Of a DNA stretch of 64,000 nt, positions 52,953 through 64,000 are shown piece after piece. The stretch is from the NCBI GenBank assembly GCA_047967505.1, contig CM106538.1. One strand, 5' to 3'. Position 1 is the stretch's first letter. The number at the start of each line of letters is the position of its first letter. This DNA comes from Dipteris shenzhenensis. Taxonomy: Eukaryota. The notes under the pieces were generated by a model, which worked only from the letters and a program-made list of their open reading frames with translations, was not told the DNA's origin and ran no database searches. The position numbers and the translations under genes were made by a program.

Positions 52953-55900
52953 TGTGGGGGTTAAAGGTCATTGTGCCTTTACCTCGGTTATGTACAATAC
53001 TCAAACACATATATAAATGAATGAAAAAGAAGATTAGTGTGGTTCTGCACCCACCAAAACTTGTGTGGCTCTCTATTTCTCTCTCTTCCTCTTTCGTTCT
53101 TGCTTCCGTTGAGAGCACTCTCAATTGGTATCAAAGCCCGGGTGTTCTAGCTGAGCATGCGTGAATGCTTGAAGCTCAGCAGCTCTGTGGGAGGAAGGAG
53201 AAGCTCTGTGGGAAGCTTTGTGGTTGACTTTACTTGCATCCGAGTGTATAGAGACCTTGGAGGAACCTTTGGAAAAGTCACTTTGGTTTTGCGAAGTGGT
53301 TTTGAGAGCCTGTTAAGTGTTTTCAAAGAAAAAGTCGTGTTTTGAGCTTTTCCATGTTCCATTCGATGACAGAGACTCCGTATTGACTTGTAGAGGCAAC
53401 TATTGCTTGCTTTTGGTGTCCACTTCACTTCAGGAGCTTGGAAACACCTTCATTCTTGAATCTGGGATCATTTCATTGGATTTCTGACTCATTGTGTCAG
53501 TTTCTATGTTTTTCTGCTCGAGTGTTGGAACTCAAGTTTGGAGCAACCATTTGCAGATCTGTCAGTTCTGGTGGACTCAGGAGGTCCTAAAACTTCTATG
53601 TTACTGATCATTTGCACTCCACAAATAGCTCTGTTTCCAAAAACATTTTTCAGTCCGTGTGTTGGACCCAGTGATTGAGACCACGGTTTCCAAAACTGTC
53701 TGTCCCATTGCGTTCTGGATGCCCAAAAACCCCTACCTATCAGTTCTTATGTGATTCGGTGAAGGATTTTCAGAGCTATAGATCTCTGTGTATTTGATTT
53801 CGTCTCTCTGTTATGGATTTTTCATTCTAAGATTTTGAAACCTTAGATTTATGCCACATGGCAGTGGATAAGTGTTGACTCCCATTTCTCACTCATCGAT
53901 TGGGATTTTGAAGTTCTGGTAGAAGAGAGATATTTGCAGATTTTCTTGCTGAGTCCGATTATGTAATGGCGCCCATGTTTTGAGGCATCTCAAATTCTAT
54001 TTTCAGTAGCAGTCATTACCGTGGGACTATGATTTCTTGAGCATACCTTATGCAGATCACTCTGGTTGTAGTTTGAGTAGTGTGCGCTCATTCGTGGTGT
54101 GCATTAGGTTGTAGTGGATGATTTATAGGCCATTTGGATGCATTGCAGTCCTTATTGGATGCGTTGATAGGCCCAAATTGCCTTGTGGGATGCTATTTTT
54201 GTTAGGGTTAAAGGTCACTATGCCTTTACCCCAGTTATGTACAATACTCAAACACATATATAAATGAATGAAAAAGAAGATTAGGGTCGTTCTGCACCCA
54301 CCAAAACTTGTGTGGCTCTCTATCTCTCTCTCTCCTTCTTCCGTTCTTGCTTCCATTGAGAGTACTCTCAACTGGTATCAGAGCACGGGTGATCTAGCTG
54401 AGCGTGCGTGAATGCTTGGAAGCTCAGCAGCTCTGTGGGAGGAAGGAGAAGCTTTGTGGGAAGCTTTGTGGGGGACTTTACTTGCATTCAAGTGTGCAGA
54501 GACCTTGGAGGAACCTTTGGAAAAGTCACTTTGGCTTTGCGAAGTGTTTTGAGAGCCTGTTAAGCGTTTAAAAAAAAAAAGTCATTTTTTTGAGCTTTTC
54601 CCTATTCTGTTCGATGACAGAGACTCCGTATTGACTTGTAGAGGCAACTATTGCTTGCTTTTGGTGTCCACTTCACTTCAAGAGCTTGGAAACACCTTCA
54701 TTCTTGAATCTGGGATCATTTCATTGGATTTCTGACTCACTGTGTCAGTTTCTGCTTTTTTGCCCGGGTGTTGAAACTCAAGTTTGGAGCAACCATTTGC
54801 AGATCTGTCAGTTCCGGTGGACTCAGGAGGTCCTAAAACTTCTATGTTGCTCATCATTCGTACTCCGGTGGAGTTTACAAACAGCTCTGTTTCCAAAAAC
54901 GTTTTTCAGAGTTATAGATTTCAGTGTATTTGATTTTGTCTCTCTATTATGGATTTTTCATTCTAAGGTTTTGAAACCTTAGATTTATGCCACATCGCAG
55001 TGGATAAGTGTTGACTCCCATTTCTCACTCATCGGTTGGGATTTTGAAGTTCCGATAGAAGAGAGATATTTGCAGATTTTCTTGTTGAGTCTGATTATGC
55101 AATGGCGCCCATGTTTTGAGGCATCTCAAATTCTATTTTCAGTAGCGGTCATTACCGTGGGACTATGATTTCTTGAGCATACCTTATGCAGATCACTCTG
55201 GTTGTAGTTTGAGCAATGTTGTGCGCTCATTCGTGGTGTGCATTAGGTTGTAGTGGATGATTTATAGGCCATTTGGATGCATTGCGGTCCTTATTGGATG
55301 CGTTGATAGGCCCAAATTGCCTTGTGGGATGCTATTTTTGTTAGGGTTAAAGGTCACTATGCCTTTACCCCGGTTATGTACAATACTCAAACACATATAT
55401 AAATGAATGAAAAAGAAGATTAGGGTGGTTCTGCACCCACCAAAACTTGTGTGGCTCTCTATCTCTCTCTCTCCTTCTTTCATTCTTGCTTCCATTGAGA
55501 GCACTCTCAACTGGTATCAGAGCACGGGTGATCTAGCTGAGCGTGCGTGAATGCTTGGAAGCTCAGCAACTCTGTGGGAAGAAGGAGAAGCTCTGTGGGA
55601 AGCTTTGTGGGGGACTTTACTTGCATTCAAGTGTGCAGAGACCTTGGAGGAACCTTTGGAAAAGTCACTTTGGCTTTGTGAAGTGTTTTGAGAGCCTGTT
55701 AAGCGTTTTCAAAGAAAAAGTCGTTTTTTTGAGCTTTTCCCTATTCTGTTCGATGACAGAGACTCCGTATTGACTTGTAGAGGCAACTATTGCTTGCTTT
55801 TGGTGTCCACTTCACTTCAAGAGTTTGGAAACACCTTCATTCTTGAATCTGGGATCATTTCATTGGATTTCTGACTCACTGTGTCAGTTTTTGCATTTTT

Positions 55901-56594
55901 TGCCCGGGTGTTGGAACTCAAGTTTGAAGCAACCATTTGCAGTTTTGTCAGTTCCGGTGGACTCAAGAGGTCCTAAAACTTCTATGTTGCTCATCATTCA
56001 TACTTCGGTGGAGTTTACAAACAGCTCTGTTTCCAAAAACTTTTTTCAGTCCGTGTGTTGGACCCAGTGATTGAGACCATGGTTTCCAAAACCGTCTGTC
56101 CCATTGCGTTCCGGACGCCCAAAAACCCCTACCTATCAGTTCTTGTGCAATTCGGTGGAGGATTTTTAGAGTTATAGATCTCTGTGTATTTGATTTCGTC
56201 TCTCTCTTATGCATTTTTCATTCTAAGGTTTTGAAACCTTAGATTTATGCCACATGACAGTGGATAAGTGGACTTCCATTTCTCACTCATCGGTTGGGAT
56301 TTTGGAGTTCTGGCAGAAGAGAGATATTTGCAGATTTTCTTGCTGATTCTGATTATGCAATGGTGCCCATGTTTTGAGGCATCTCAGATTCTATTTTCAG
56401 TAGTGGTCATTACCGTGGGACTATGATTTCTTGAGCATACCTTATGCAGATCACTCTTGTTGCAGTTTGAGCAGTGTGCACTTATTTGTGGTATGCATTG
56501 GGTTGTAGTGGATGATTTATAGGCCATTTGGATGCATTACGGTCCTTATTGGATGCACTGATAGGCCCAAATTGCCTTGTGGGATGCTATTTTT
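52953..56594 (+). mobile_element. Three tandem copies of [171-bp LTR + iMet PBS + ~1.07-kb leader]: units 52953-54199, 54200-55338, 55339-~56594
   Basis: LTRs at 52953-53123, 54200-54370 and 55339-55509 (TG...CA, internal TATATAAA); PBS TGGTATCA(A/G)AGC at 53126, 54373 and 55512; unit 2 lacks ~120 bp near 54908. Confidence 0.88.
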
Positions 56595-56599
56595 TATGG

Positions 56600-57610
56600 A
56601 CTGTCTCCGCTGTGTAGAGATCATATGGAATCCTTAACTCACATGCAGAAGAAGGGGAATTGTGTCAATCTCTGAGATCATCAAACTCACATGTGGATTG
56701 GAATCGGATACCACTCTCCTATGATCACTGGAATACCCCTCCTAGAATAGTAGGGTGAACATTTGTACAAGTGGAGAATGGCAGTGGTGCCAATCTCTTA
56801 TTAGGCCCTAAGAAATGGCATTGAGAAGCCTAAACTCACATGTGCATTCTTCTATGTAGTGATCACTGTCTCCGCTGTGCAGAGATCATATGGAATTGTG
56901 TCAATCTCTGTGGAGAATGCCACCAGTGAAGAATGGCAGTGGTGCCAATCTCATACCATGACCTGATAACATGCACAAGGAATCCTAAACTCACATGTGC
57001 ATTGGCACTTTTGCCATTATAGAATGCCACCAGTGGAGAATGGCAGTGGTGCACAAGGAATCCTAAACTCACATGTGCATTCTTCTATGTAGTGATCACT
57101 GTCTCCGCTGTCTAGAGATCATATGGAATTGTGTCAATCTCTGAGATCATCAAACTCACATGTGGATTGGAATCGGACACCACTCTCCTATGATCACTGG
57201 AATACCCCTCCTAGAATAGTAGGGTAAACATTTGTACAAGTGGAGGCAATAGCATGTACATCATGAGCATCCCAATTCCCCACTACAGGTCCAACAACAA
57301 TTGAAGGTGTGCCTAGTGCATTGGATGTAGTGATCACTGTCTCCATTGTTAGAGATCATATGGAATTGTGTCAATCTCTGTGTAGAATGCCACCAGTGGA
57401 GAATGGTAGTAGTGCCATGTGATGAATCGAACTTCTGCCATTCTCCTTAACATCATGGAGGATGGCACCAGTGGCATTATCCTCAAACTCTCACGGAGGA
57501 TGGCACTTGTGCCATTCTGAACAAACTCACAATCCATGTGTTCAATGGCATTTGTGACACTCTTCTACCATCATATTATGTTGGAGAATGGCACGAATAC
57601 CATTCTTTAT
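56600..57610. repeat. Shuffled sub-repeat array with palindromic AATGGCACTAGTGCCATT-type motifs
   Basis: CTGTCTCC..TAGAGATCATATGGAAT occurs at ~56601, 56866, 57099 and 57337; 56658-56773 is repeated at 57126-57245; about 10 palindrome variants. Confidence 0.8.
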
Positions 57611-57813
57611 TATAACCATCTTAGCTTTGATATTGTGTATATTTGCTTACTGTGTTGGTGTAGTTTTTCATAATGCATATATAAGTTGCTTCGCCTTGGT
57701 TATTTTGTTAATAGAAGTTGCATTGTGGTTGTAATATTTCCTACTACAGTTATGATTGTCTATTATACATTTCATTGTGTCCTTGGTTCTTTTGTTAACA
57801 GAACATTGCAAGA

Positions 57814-60800
57814 ATGGCTAGCAAGGGAAAGAGAAAGGTTCGAGAGGTGTCAGTTTATGATGGAGTTAGTTCTGGAAGATGATGGTTTTTGGATATATAC
57901 AATAACGAACTCCAAAAACTCCATAAAGTGCATTGTTTTGTGAACATCCAAGGAACAACTTTTGAAGATGTTGGACAAGTTAAAGAGATGGAGGATACCG
58001 AGAAAGACAACGTTCCTTGTCTCAAAATTCATACATTGGGAGGCAATGTGTATCGATTGGATCCTGCTTGTTTTGATCATGCGAGGATGAATGCTACTGG
58101 GGAGGACACGATGATATCTAGGGGTTGGATTAATGAGCCAGAAAATTATACCAATCAACAGATATTAGAAAGCTTTGATTTGGTAACAAAAGGGATAAAG
58201 CAAGATATAAAAAAGAGTAGAAAAGTTTCGAAAAGAACCAAGAAAAGTGATGTTGAGGGATCAAGCTCTCAAGTGTCTCAGAACACATTGAAAGAGAAGG
58301 CTAGAGAGACCGGTGAGGAGGAAACAACAGGTGAGAAGGACATAAGGTTAGATGGAAAAACAAGCATTGGGGATAAACTGGAGGCTAAAGACAAAGAGAC
58401 AACTTTAGGAGGAAAACAGGGAGGTATGGGAATAGTCACTGATGGAACTGGAAGTGGAGGTGATGCAACGGGGAGTGGTGAGACACATATAACAGGACAT
58501 GGTGAGAAATCATCTGAAGCAACTATCATCTTGTATAAGAAAATCCAGCCAGATGTTGACTTTAAGGCACTACAAAAGAAATTGGAAAGGAAGGACACAA
58601 GTATGACAAGCTTGATGGAGTACGTAGAGTACTTCCCATTTGGTTTGGAGTTTGAGGTGTTGATCCCAGTGATGAATTGCTTTAGAGCACCAAGCCAATA
58701 TGTGTACAGGACATTGACCCTCAGCTATATCAATGACTTGGTCAAGAGTTTTGCAATGAATGCACGACCTCCTGCAACATGTGCATATCTTATGCCTTAC
58801 CACATAGGCACAAATACTCCGATGTGCCAGGAAGAGATAAAGGTGGAAAAGTTAAAGGAGTATAATTATTGGATTCTCACAGGGCAGCATTTGATTTATG
58901 CTACAAGGATGTTTATAACTAAAGCACATGGAGAAGCCTTCAATCAACGAAAAGGTTTCTATACACGGAGGAAGGCGAGAATTGTTGTCAATGCACCAGT
59001 TGAAGCAAGTTGTAAGATATCATCAATGGCCAACATGGAGGCACAGACCGTTTTGAAAAATCAACCATATACCGATATCTTACAACACCTAAGGGCACAG
59101 TGGATTGCATTCGGATGACCAAAGAAACCAGCCCAAGGCCTTGTCAAAGGGCATAAAGATCGACAAAGTTGGGATGTGAGTAATAAACTTTGTTTTGTAT
59201 GCATTTTTTATTTCAAGAATGTTTATGGCTTTGTAAAAGAAATGATAGTAGTGTCAATTCCCTGATGTGAGAATGGCACTAGTGCCATTCTTCTAGTTAC
59301 CAAGTCATGCTTTTGACATGGTAATGGGAGAATCGCACTAGTGTCATTATTATCTCTATTACATGATTTGGATTAGAAGAATGTCTAAGATGATTTTGAT
59401 TTTTTTATATAGAATTTTGTAGGAGTTGCAAGCGTATCGATGGGCGCAAACTTTGCTACCAAGGACACACACATGGTCACATACGATGATGACATCTACG
59501 AACAATGGATCAGTATTTTGACATTGGTGAAGCAGGGTGATCTTGAGGGTCGAAATCCCACAATAACATATATGAGGTGTCTGCTAGGATTGGAAGACAA
59601 AGATGTACGTGCACTTCAAGCAGAGATTGAGTCTAAAGAAATAATCTTGGTCAAGTCAAGCAAAGACAAGGACTCCATTGAAATGTCTCAACGGGCAATG
59701 GAGATTAAGCATGATAGAGCCCTGAAAGAAGCGCTCATCAAGGAGTTCAACTCACGTCACCCTTTGCCCCAACATCAAACATGGGATGCCCTTGCAACTT
59801 ACTTCAAAATTGATTCAATTGTTTATCAGAGCTTCAAGGGTTCATGTGAGTCATGGGTCAAAGAGAAGCTACAAGTTGGCAAGTCCACACCTGATTTCCC
59901 AAAAGCCGCATCAATCTATGTTGATTGGGTGATTAGTTCAATAGAGGGTAACAAGTCTACATCGCAATCTTGTTTTCCTTGGACAATTATTCAAGTGAAC
60001 ATGGAGATGGAGGGGGAGAGCTTTCTAACACATCACTCCAAGGGACAACTTCCAATGAGCTTGTGTGTGCTTGACACCTCAAAGGGATCTGCCAAAGGCA
60101 TGTGTTGGGATAAGGATGCCTTCAAGAAGTTGCTCTGTGGCTTGATGGAGACCGTTGCCACTCCATCACAGTATGTATTGCTATCATTTATGACAATGAT
60201 AGAGATGGTAAACCTCAAGGAAGCAATGATAGAGGCTTGATTTTGGCATAGAAGGTTTGTGGGTGTTATCCATGAATTTGATAGTGCACAAAAGGGTTTG
60301 TCTGAGACCTTCTGTTTTTTGTCATTTGTCAGCTCACATGATGGGTTTGATGGATTTGAGCACATGTTAGAAAACACAAGGCCATACACAATAATTGAGG
60401 ACAATATTCTTTATTCTGATGAGGACGATGAGTATGAAAAAGAGGCAGTTGTGAAGCATGGCATCATCAAGGAGTGCATCAGGTGCTATTGTAGTAGGGA
60501 ACATGAAGTTGTTTTTGACGTCTTTACTAATGGATGTGTGGCATTACAAGCATTGTCAAGCAAAAGAAAAGTGATCTCACTGGTGAAGACATCCCAACAG
60601 GTGATAGAGGTCGAGGCTATGTGTGTGGCACATGCATCAAATAATCCCCATATTAAGATTTGGTCTAGCATTGAGAGGCCTCTTGAGACACATAGAGCTG
60701 ATTCACCTATCGATGAAGGAATTAAAGAGGGTGAGCATCACATTGAAGACTTGCGACCTTTAACTGAAGCAGATCTTGAAGCTATCCCAAAGATTACATT

Positions 60801-62434
60801 GGAAGATTTGGAGCAAGGTCTTTAGCTACTCATTTATTCCTTGTGTATTCAGTTTCAAAATAATATGACTTTTATGGATTTTCTCGATTGCACATACTCT
60901 CATTATATTAAAGAGATTAAACATTAGGTATGATAAAATTGTTGACATAATGACATGGGGAATGGTACTAGTGTCATTCTCCCTATGTCGGGTTATACGT
61001 AAGAGGTACTATTAACATTTTATGTGACCTCATATGGAGAATGGCACTAGTGCCATTCTCTCTTTGTGGTTATGTAGAAATGGTAATACTGTTATGTTCC
61101 TTTCTTGAATCTATGTTAGTTGAAGCATTACAGAGATTAAAAATTGTATAGTATTAACTATGCTACCAAAGTTTTGATTTGGGTGCTTTCTACAAATCTA
61201 TTGGACCAAAGTAATACAGTATCTATGCTTTCAGATCATGCATTGTACATTTCTTTTGGGACATGGGGGGAGGCACTAGTAGTATTCTCTCCTCCCAATG
61301 AGGGTATAGAGAAAGGCACTAGTGGCATTCTCCATAATTTTATATGTAAAATGGCACTAGCACCACCCCAAGAGAAGAATGGCACTATTGCCATTTTCTC
61401 TATGAGTTCAGAGAGAAAGGTTGCACTATTTGCATTCTCAATTGACCTTTAGAGAGATTGGCACTTTTGCCATTCCCCAAAAAGACAATGGAATCAGTGA
61501 ACGATGATGGATAATGTTCATACTTTATTGTTATTTATTAGTTTCATATGCTTTTGTGCTTCGACATTGTTGAATACACTCTAAAGAATCAAAATATTTC
61601 TATATTCCTCAACTTCCACAGGGACCAATGATGCATGGAAGGATGTGGAGACATCAAATGTAGAGGACAACATACCACCCAAAATGGGGACTATTAATTA
61701 CGCGATGGATATAGGAGGTATAGAAGAAAACATAACCCCAAAAATGGAGAAAATTGCAAGGAATATCACGAATCCTATACTTTTAGAAGAGAACATGGAT
61801 GAACGTACTGTCTCAACATTGGGGACAAAACAAGATAATCTTATTGTTGTTGCAAAACATGTATGAAATCATAGCACCTGACAATTTGGATGAGTCAGAA
61901 GCCAGCAACTTCAAGGAGAATTTGGATCTATATCCACATACAATTTCTTTGGATATGCCATGATTAACAATCATATTAGACTTGAATGGCCTGTTATTAA
62001 GTCGCTGCCTATTCAAGTCTCCAATGTCAACCATTACAGGTGCTGGCTTGGGCCTGTTTGTGCATGGCTCCATCAAGAGAGGGACTACTATTCTCCATTA
62101 TGGAGGTGACAAGTACTCCTACAGAGACTGGAAGGAATTATGTAGAGTTCATCCAAGGCTAAAGAAGTACTCTATCCAAGAGGACCCTACTGTCCCTATG
62201 AAGGATATGGTGCATATTATTGGTGATGTTCAATATGGCAATGTGGCAGGATTTATTAACAACAATAGAAATACCAATGTAAAGCCAAATGTTTGTTATG
62301 TATTTTCCCCTGATGTTCCACCTTGGTATGACCCCATGATGAACATAGATATTGCAGAATAAGGTCACATTTGTATTGAATCCATAGATGATATACATGC
62401 AGGAGAGGAGCTATTTGCAGACTATGAGTTTTGA
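57814..62434 (+). pseudogene. Three-exon ParB-like / DNA-methyltransferase-like / SET-domain gene (exons 57814-59175, 59413-60817, 61622-62434; ~1190 codons), disrupted
   Basis: ATG at 57814 (MASKGKRKV); GT-AG introns with consistent phases 0 and 1. In-frame stops at 57880, 59116, 60238, 61961 and 62360, and a frameshift at ~61845. SET motifs: STITGAGLGLF, HYGG, GNVAGFINN, PNV, DIHAGEELFADY. ParB-like motif: YWILTGQHLIYA. MTase-like segment: IRCYCSREHEVVFDVFTNGCVALQALSSKRKVISL. Confidence 0.75.
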
Positions 62435-62461
62435 ATAACAACATTGTATTTCTAGTCAGTT

Positions 62462-64000
62462 GATTTCACAGTAGTAAATGAGCAGACTACGGAAGATTTG
62501 TGGAAGAAACTGTGTGCCACTTATGAAAAGGAAACTGCCTCTAATAAAGTTTACCTCATGAAGAGGTTGTTTGAGCTATAGCTAAAGGAAGGGGTCTCCA
62601 TTGCTTCTCACTTGAATGAATTCAATATAATTTTCAGCTAGCTTCCGGCTCAGAAGATGAATTTTGATGCTGAGACAGGCAATATTTCTCTTATGTTCAT
62701 TGCCATCCTCATGGGATACCTTCCGTACAGCTGTCAGTAACTCTGCACCTGGTGGAGTACTGAAATTTGATGATGTTGTGGGTAGTTTGTTGGCCGAGGA
62801 GATTAGACGGAAATCTATGGACGGCAACAAGCAGGATGCAGCGTTAAATGTGCAAAGGGGTAGATCACAGTTCAGGGGGAAGTCCCAAGAAAGAGGGAAG
62901 TCTCGTAGCAAATCCAAGGCATGGAACATTGAGTGTTACCACTATGGCAAGAAGGGCCATATGAAAAAGGATTGCTACAAGCTAAAAAGAGAGCAAAAGG
63001 ATAAGAAAAAGAATGCAAATTAGGGTGCAAATCAAAAGGAAGAGATTCCAAGGGAGGACAAAGGAAAAGTGAAGATCGAGGAGATCAATGCAGTCACACA
63101 TGATAGTGACAATGACGTTCTCTTCATGTCTAGTTTATCTACAGAGTTGCTTACCACTTTAGATGATGCATATTCCCAAGATTGGATTTTGGATTCTGGT
63201 GCTTCATTCCATGTTAGTCCCCATAGGGAATGGTTCTCCACTTATGACAGTGGAAAGACAGGTTGTGTGCATCTTGGAAATGACTATGCATGTGACATTG
63301 TGGGAGTAGGTGACATAAAGTTTTCTTTTGCAAATGGGTCTGCATTTATTTTGAAACATGTGAGACATGTGCCTAAGTTGACCAAGAGTCTTATTTCAGT
63401 GGATCAGCTAGATGATGCTAGTTTTCACACCACTTTTGGCTTTCAGAGTTGGAAAATTCAGAAGGGCTCTATGCTTTTGGCCAGGGGTGCCAAGTGTGGG
63501 ACTTTGTATCCCTTACATGTATCAGGGGTATTTGATCATGTTGTTGCAATAACCGAGCAGCCAAGCACTTCTTTGTGGCATTGCAGGTTGTGGCACATGA
63601 GCTAGAATGGAATGAAACTCTTATGCCATTTGGGTTATGTACCACATTTGAGTTTCTCTGATTTTGAATTTTGTGAGCACTATCTCTATGGGAAGCAGAC
63701 TAAATCAGCCCATAAAAGAAGGGGAAAGAAAGAGTTTGAAAAGCTTGATTTGATGCATTCAGACGTATGTGGTCCCATACCTACACAGTCATTAGGTGGG
63801 GCTGAATACTATGTGACATTCATTGATGATGCAATTAGGAAAGTGTGGGCTTATGCTATAGCTCAGAAGAGTGATGTATTCCAGGTATTTCAAAAATGGT
63901 TGGCCTTGGTTGAGAATTAGTCAGGTAGAATGCTTAAATGCCTATGGACTGACAATGGTGGAGAGTATCTCTCTCATGACTTTTAACATTTCTGTGATAC
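62462..64000 (+). mobile_element. Ty1/copia gag-PR-integrase (Tnt1/Tork-like), N-terminally truncated, disrupted, continues beyond the window
   Basis: LWKKLCATYEKETASNKVYLMKRLFEL, LCSLPSSWDTF, CYHYGKKGHMKKDC, WILDSGASFH, LWHCRLWHMS, HSDVCGP, FIDDAIRKVW, TDNGGEY. Confidence 0.92.

Noticed and set aside
56600-61480. CRISPR-like array of palindromic repeats
   Set aside because: Spacing is irregular, copies are degenerate and lie in spliceosomal introns, and there are no cas genes.

Overview
Repeat-rich land-plant nuclear DNA; the species cannot be determined from the sequence. There is one intact host gene, a 5-exon CPP1/CDF1 (chaperone-like protein of POR1) on the minus strand (38404->15971, 277 aa). 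Its 20,455-bp second intron holds three copies of one Ty1/copia family nested inside each other in alternating orientation, plus other copia and LTR remnants. The rest of the window contains a decayed Ty3/gypsy pol, an internally deleted Athila-like LTR element, two solo LTRs, microsatellites and a copia gag-pol running off the right end. The most unusual region is 51-62.5 kb. A degenerate ParB-like gene is interrupted by a triplicated short LTR + tRNA-iMet PBS + leader unit. This is followed by a three-exon, ~1190-codon disrupted gene with a ParB/Srx-like motif, an N4/N6 DNA-methyltransferase-like fold, an FCP1/NIF-like motif and a clear SET domain. Its upstream region and both introns, but not its exons, carry about 20 copies of a 22-24-bp palindrome (GAGAATGGCACTAGTGCCATTCTC). 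A second, diverged SET-domain copy at ~8.1-8.6 kb suggests a dispersed mobile family. All domain calls are by eye; no searches were run.
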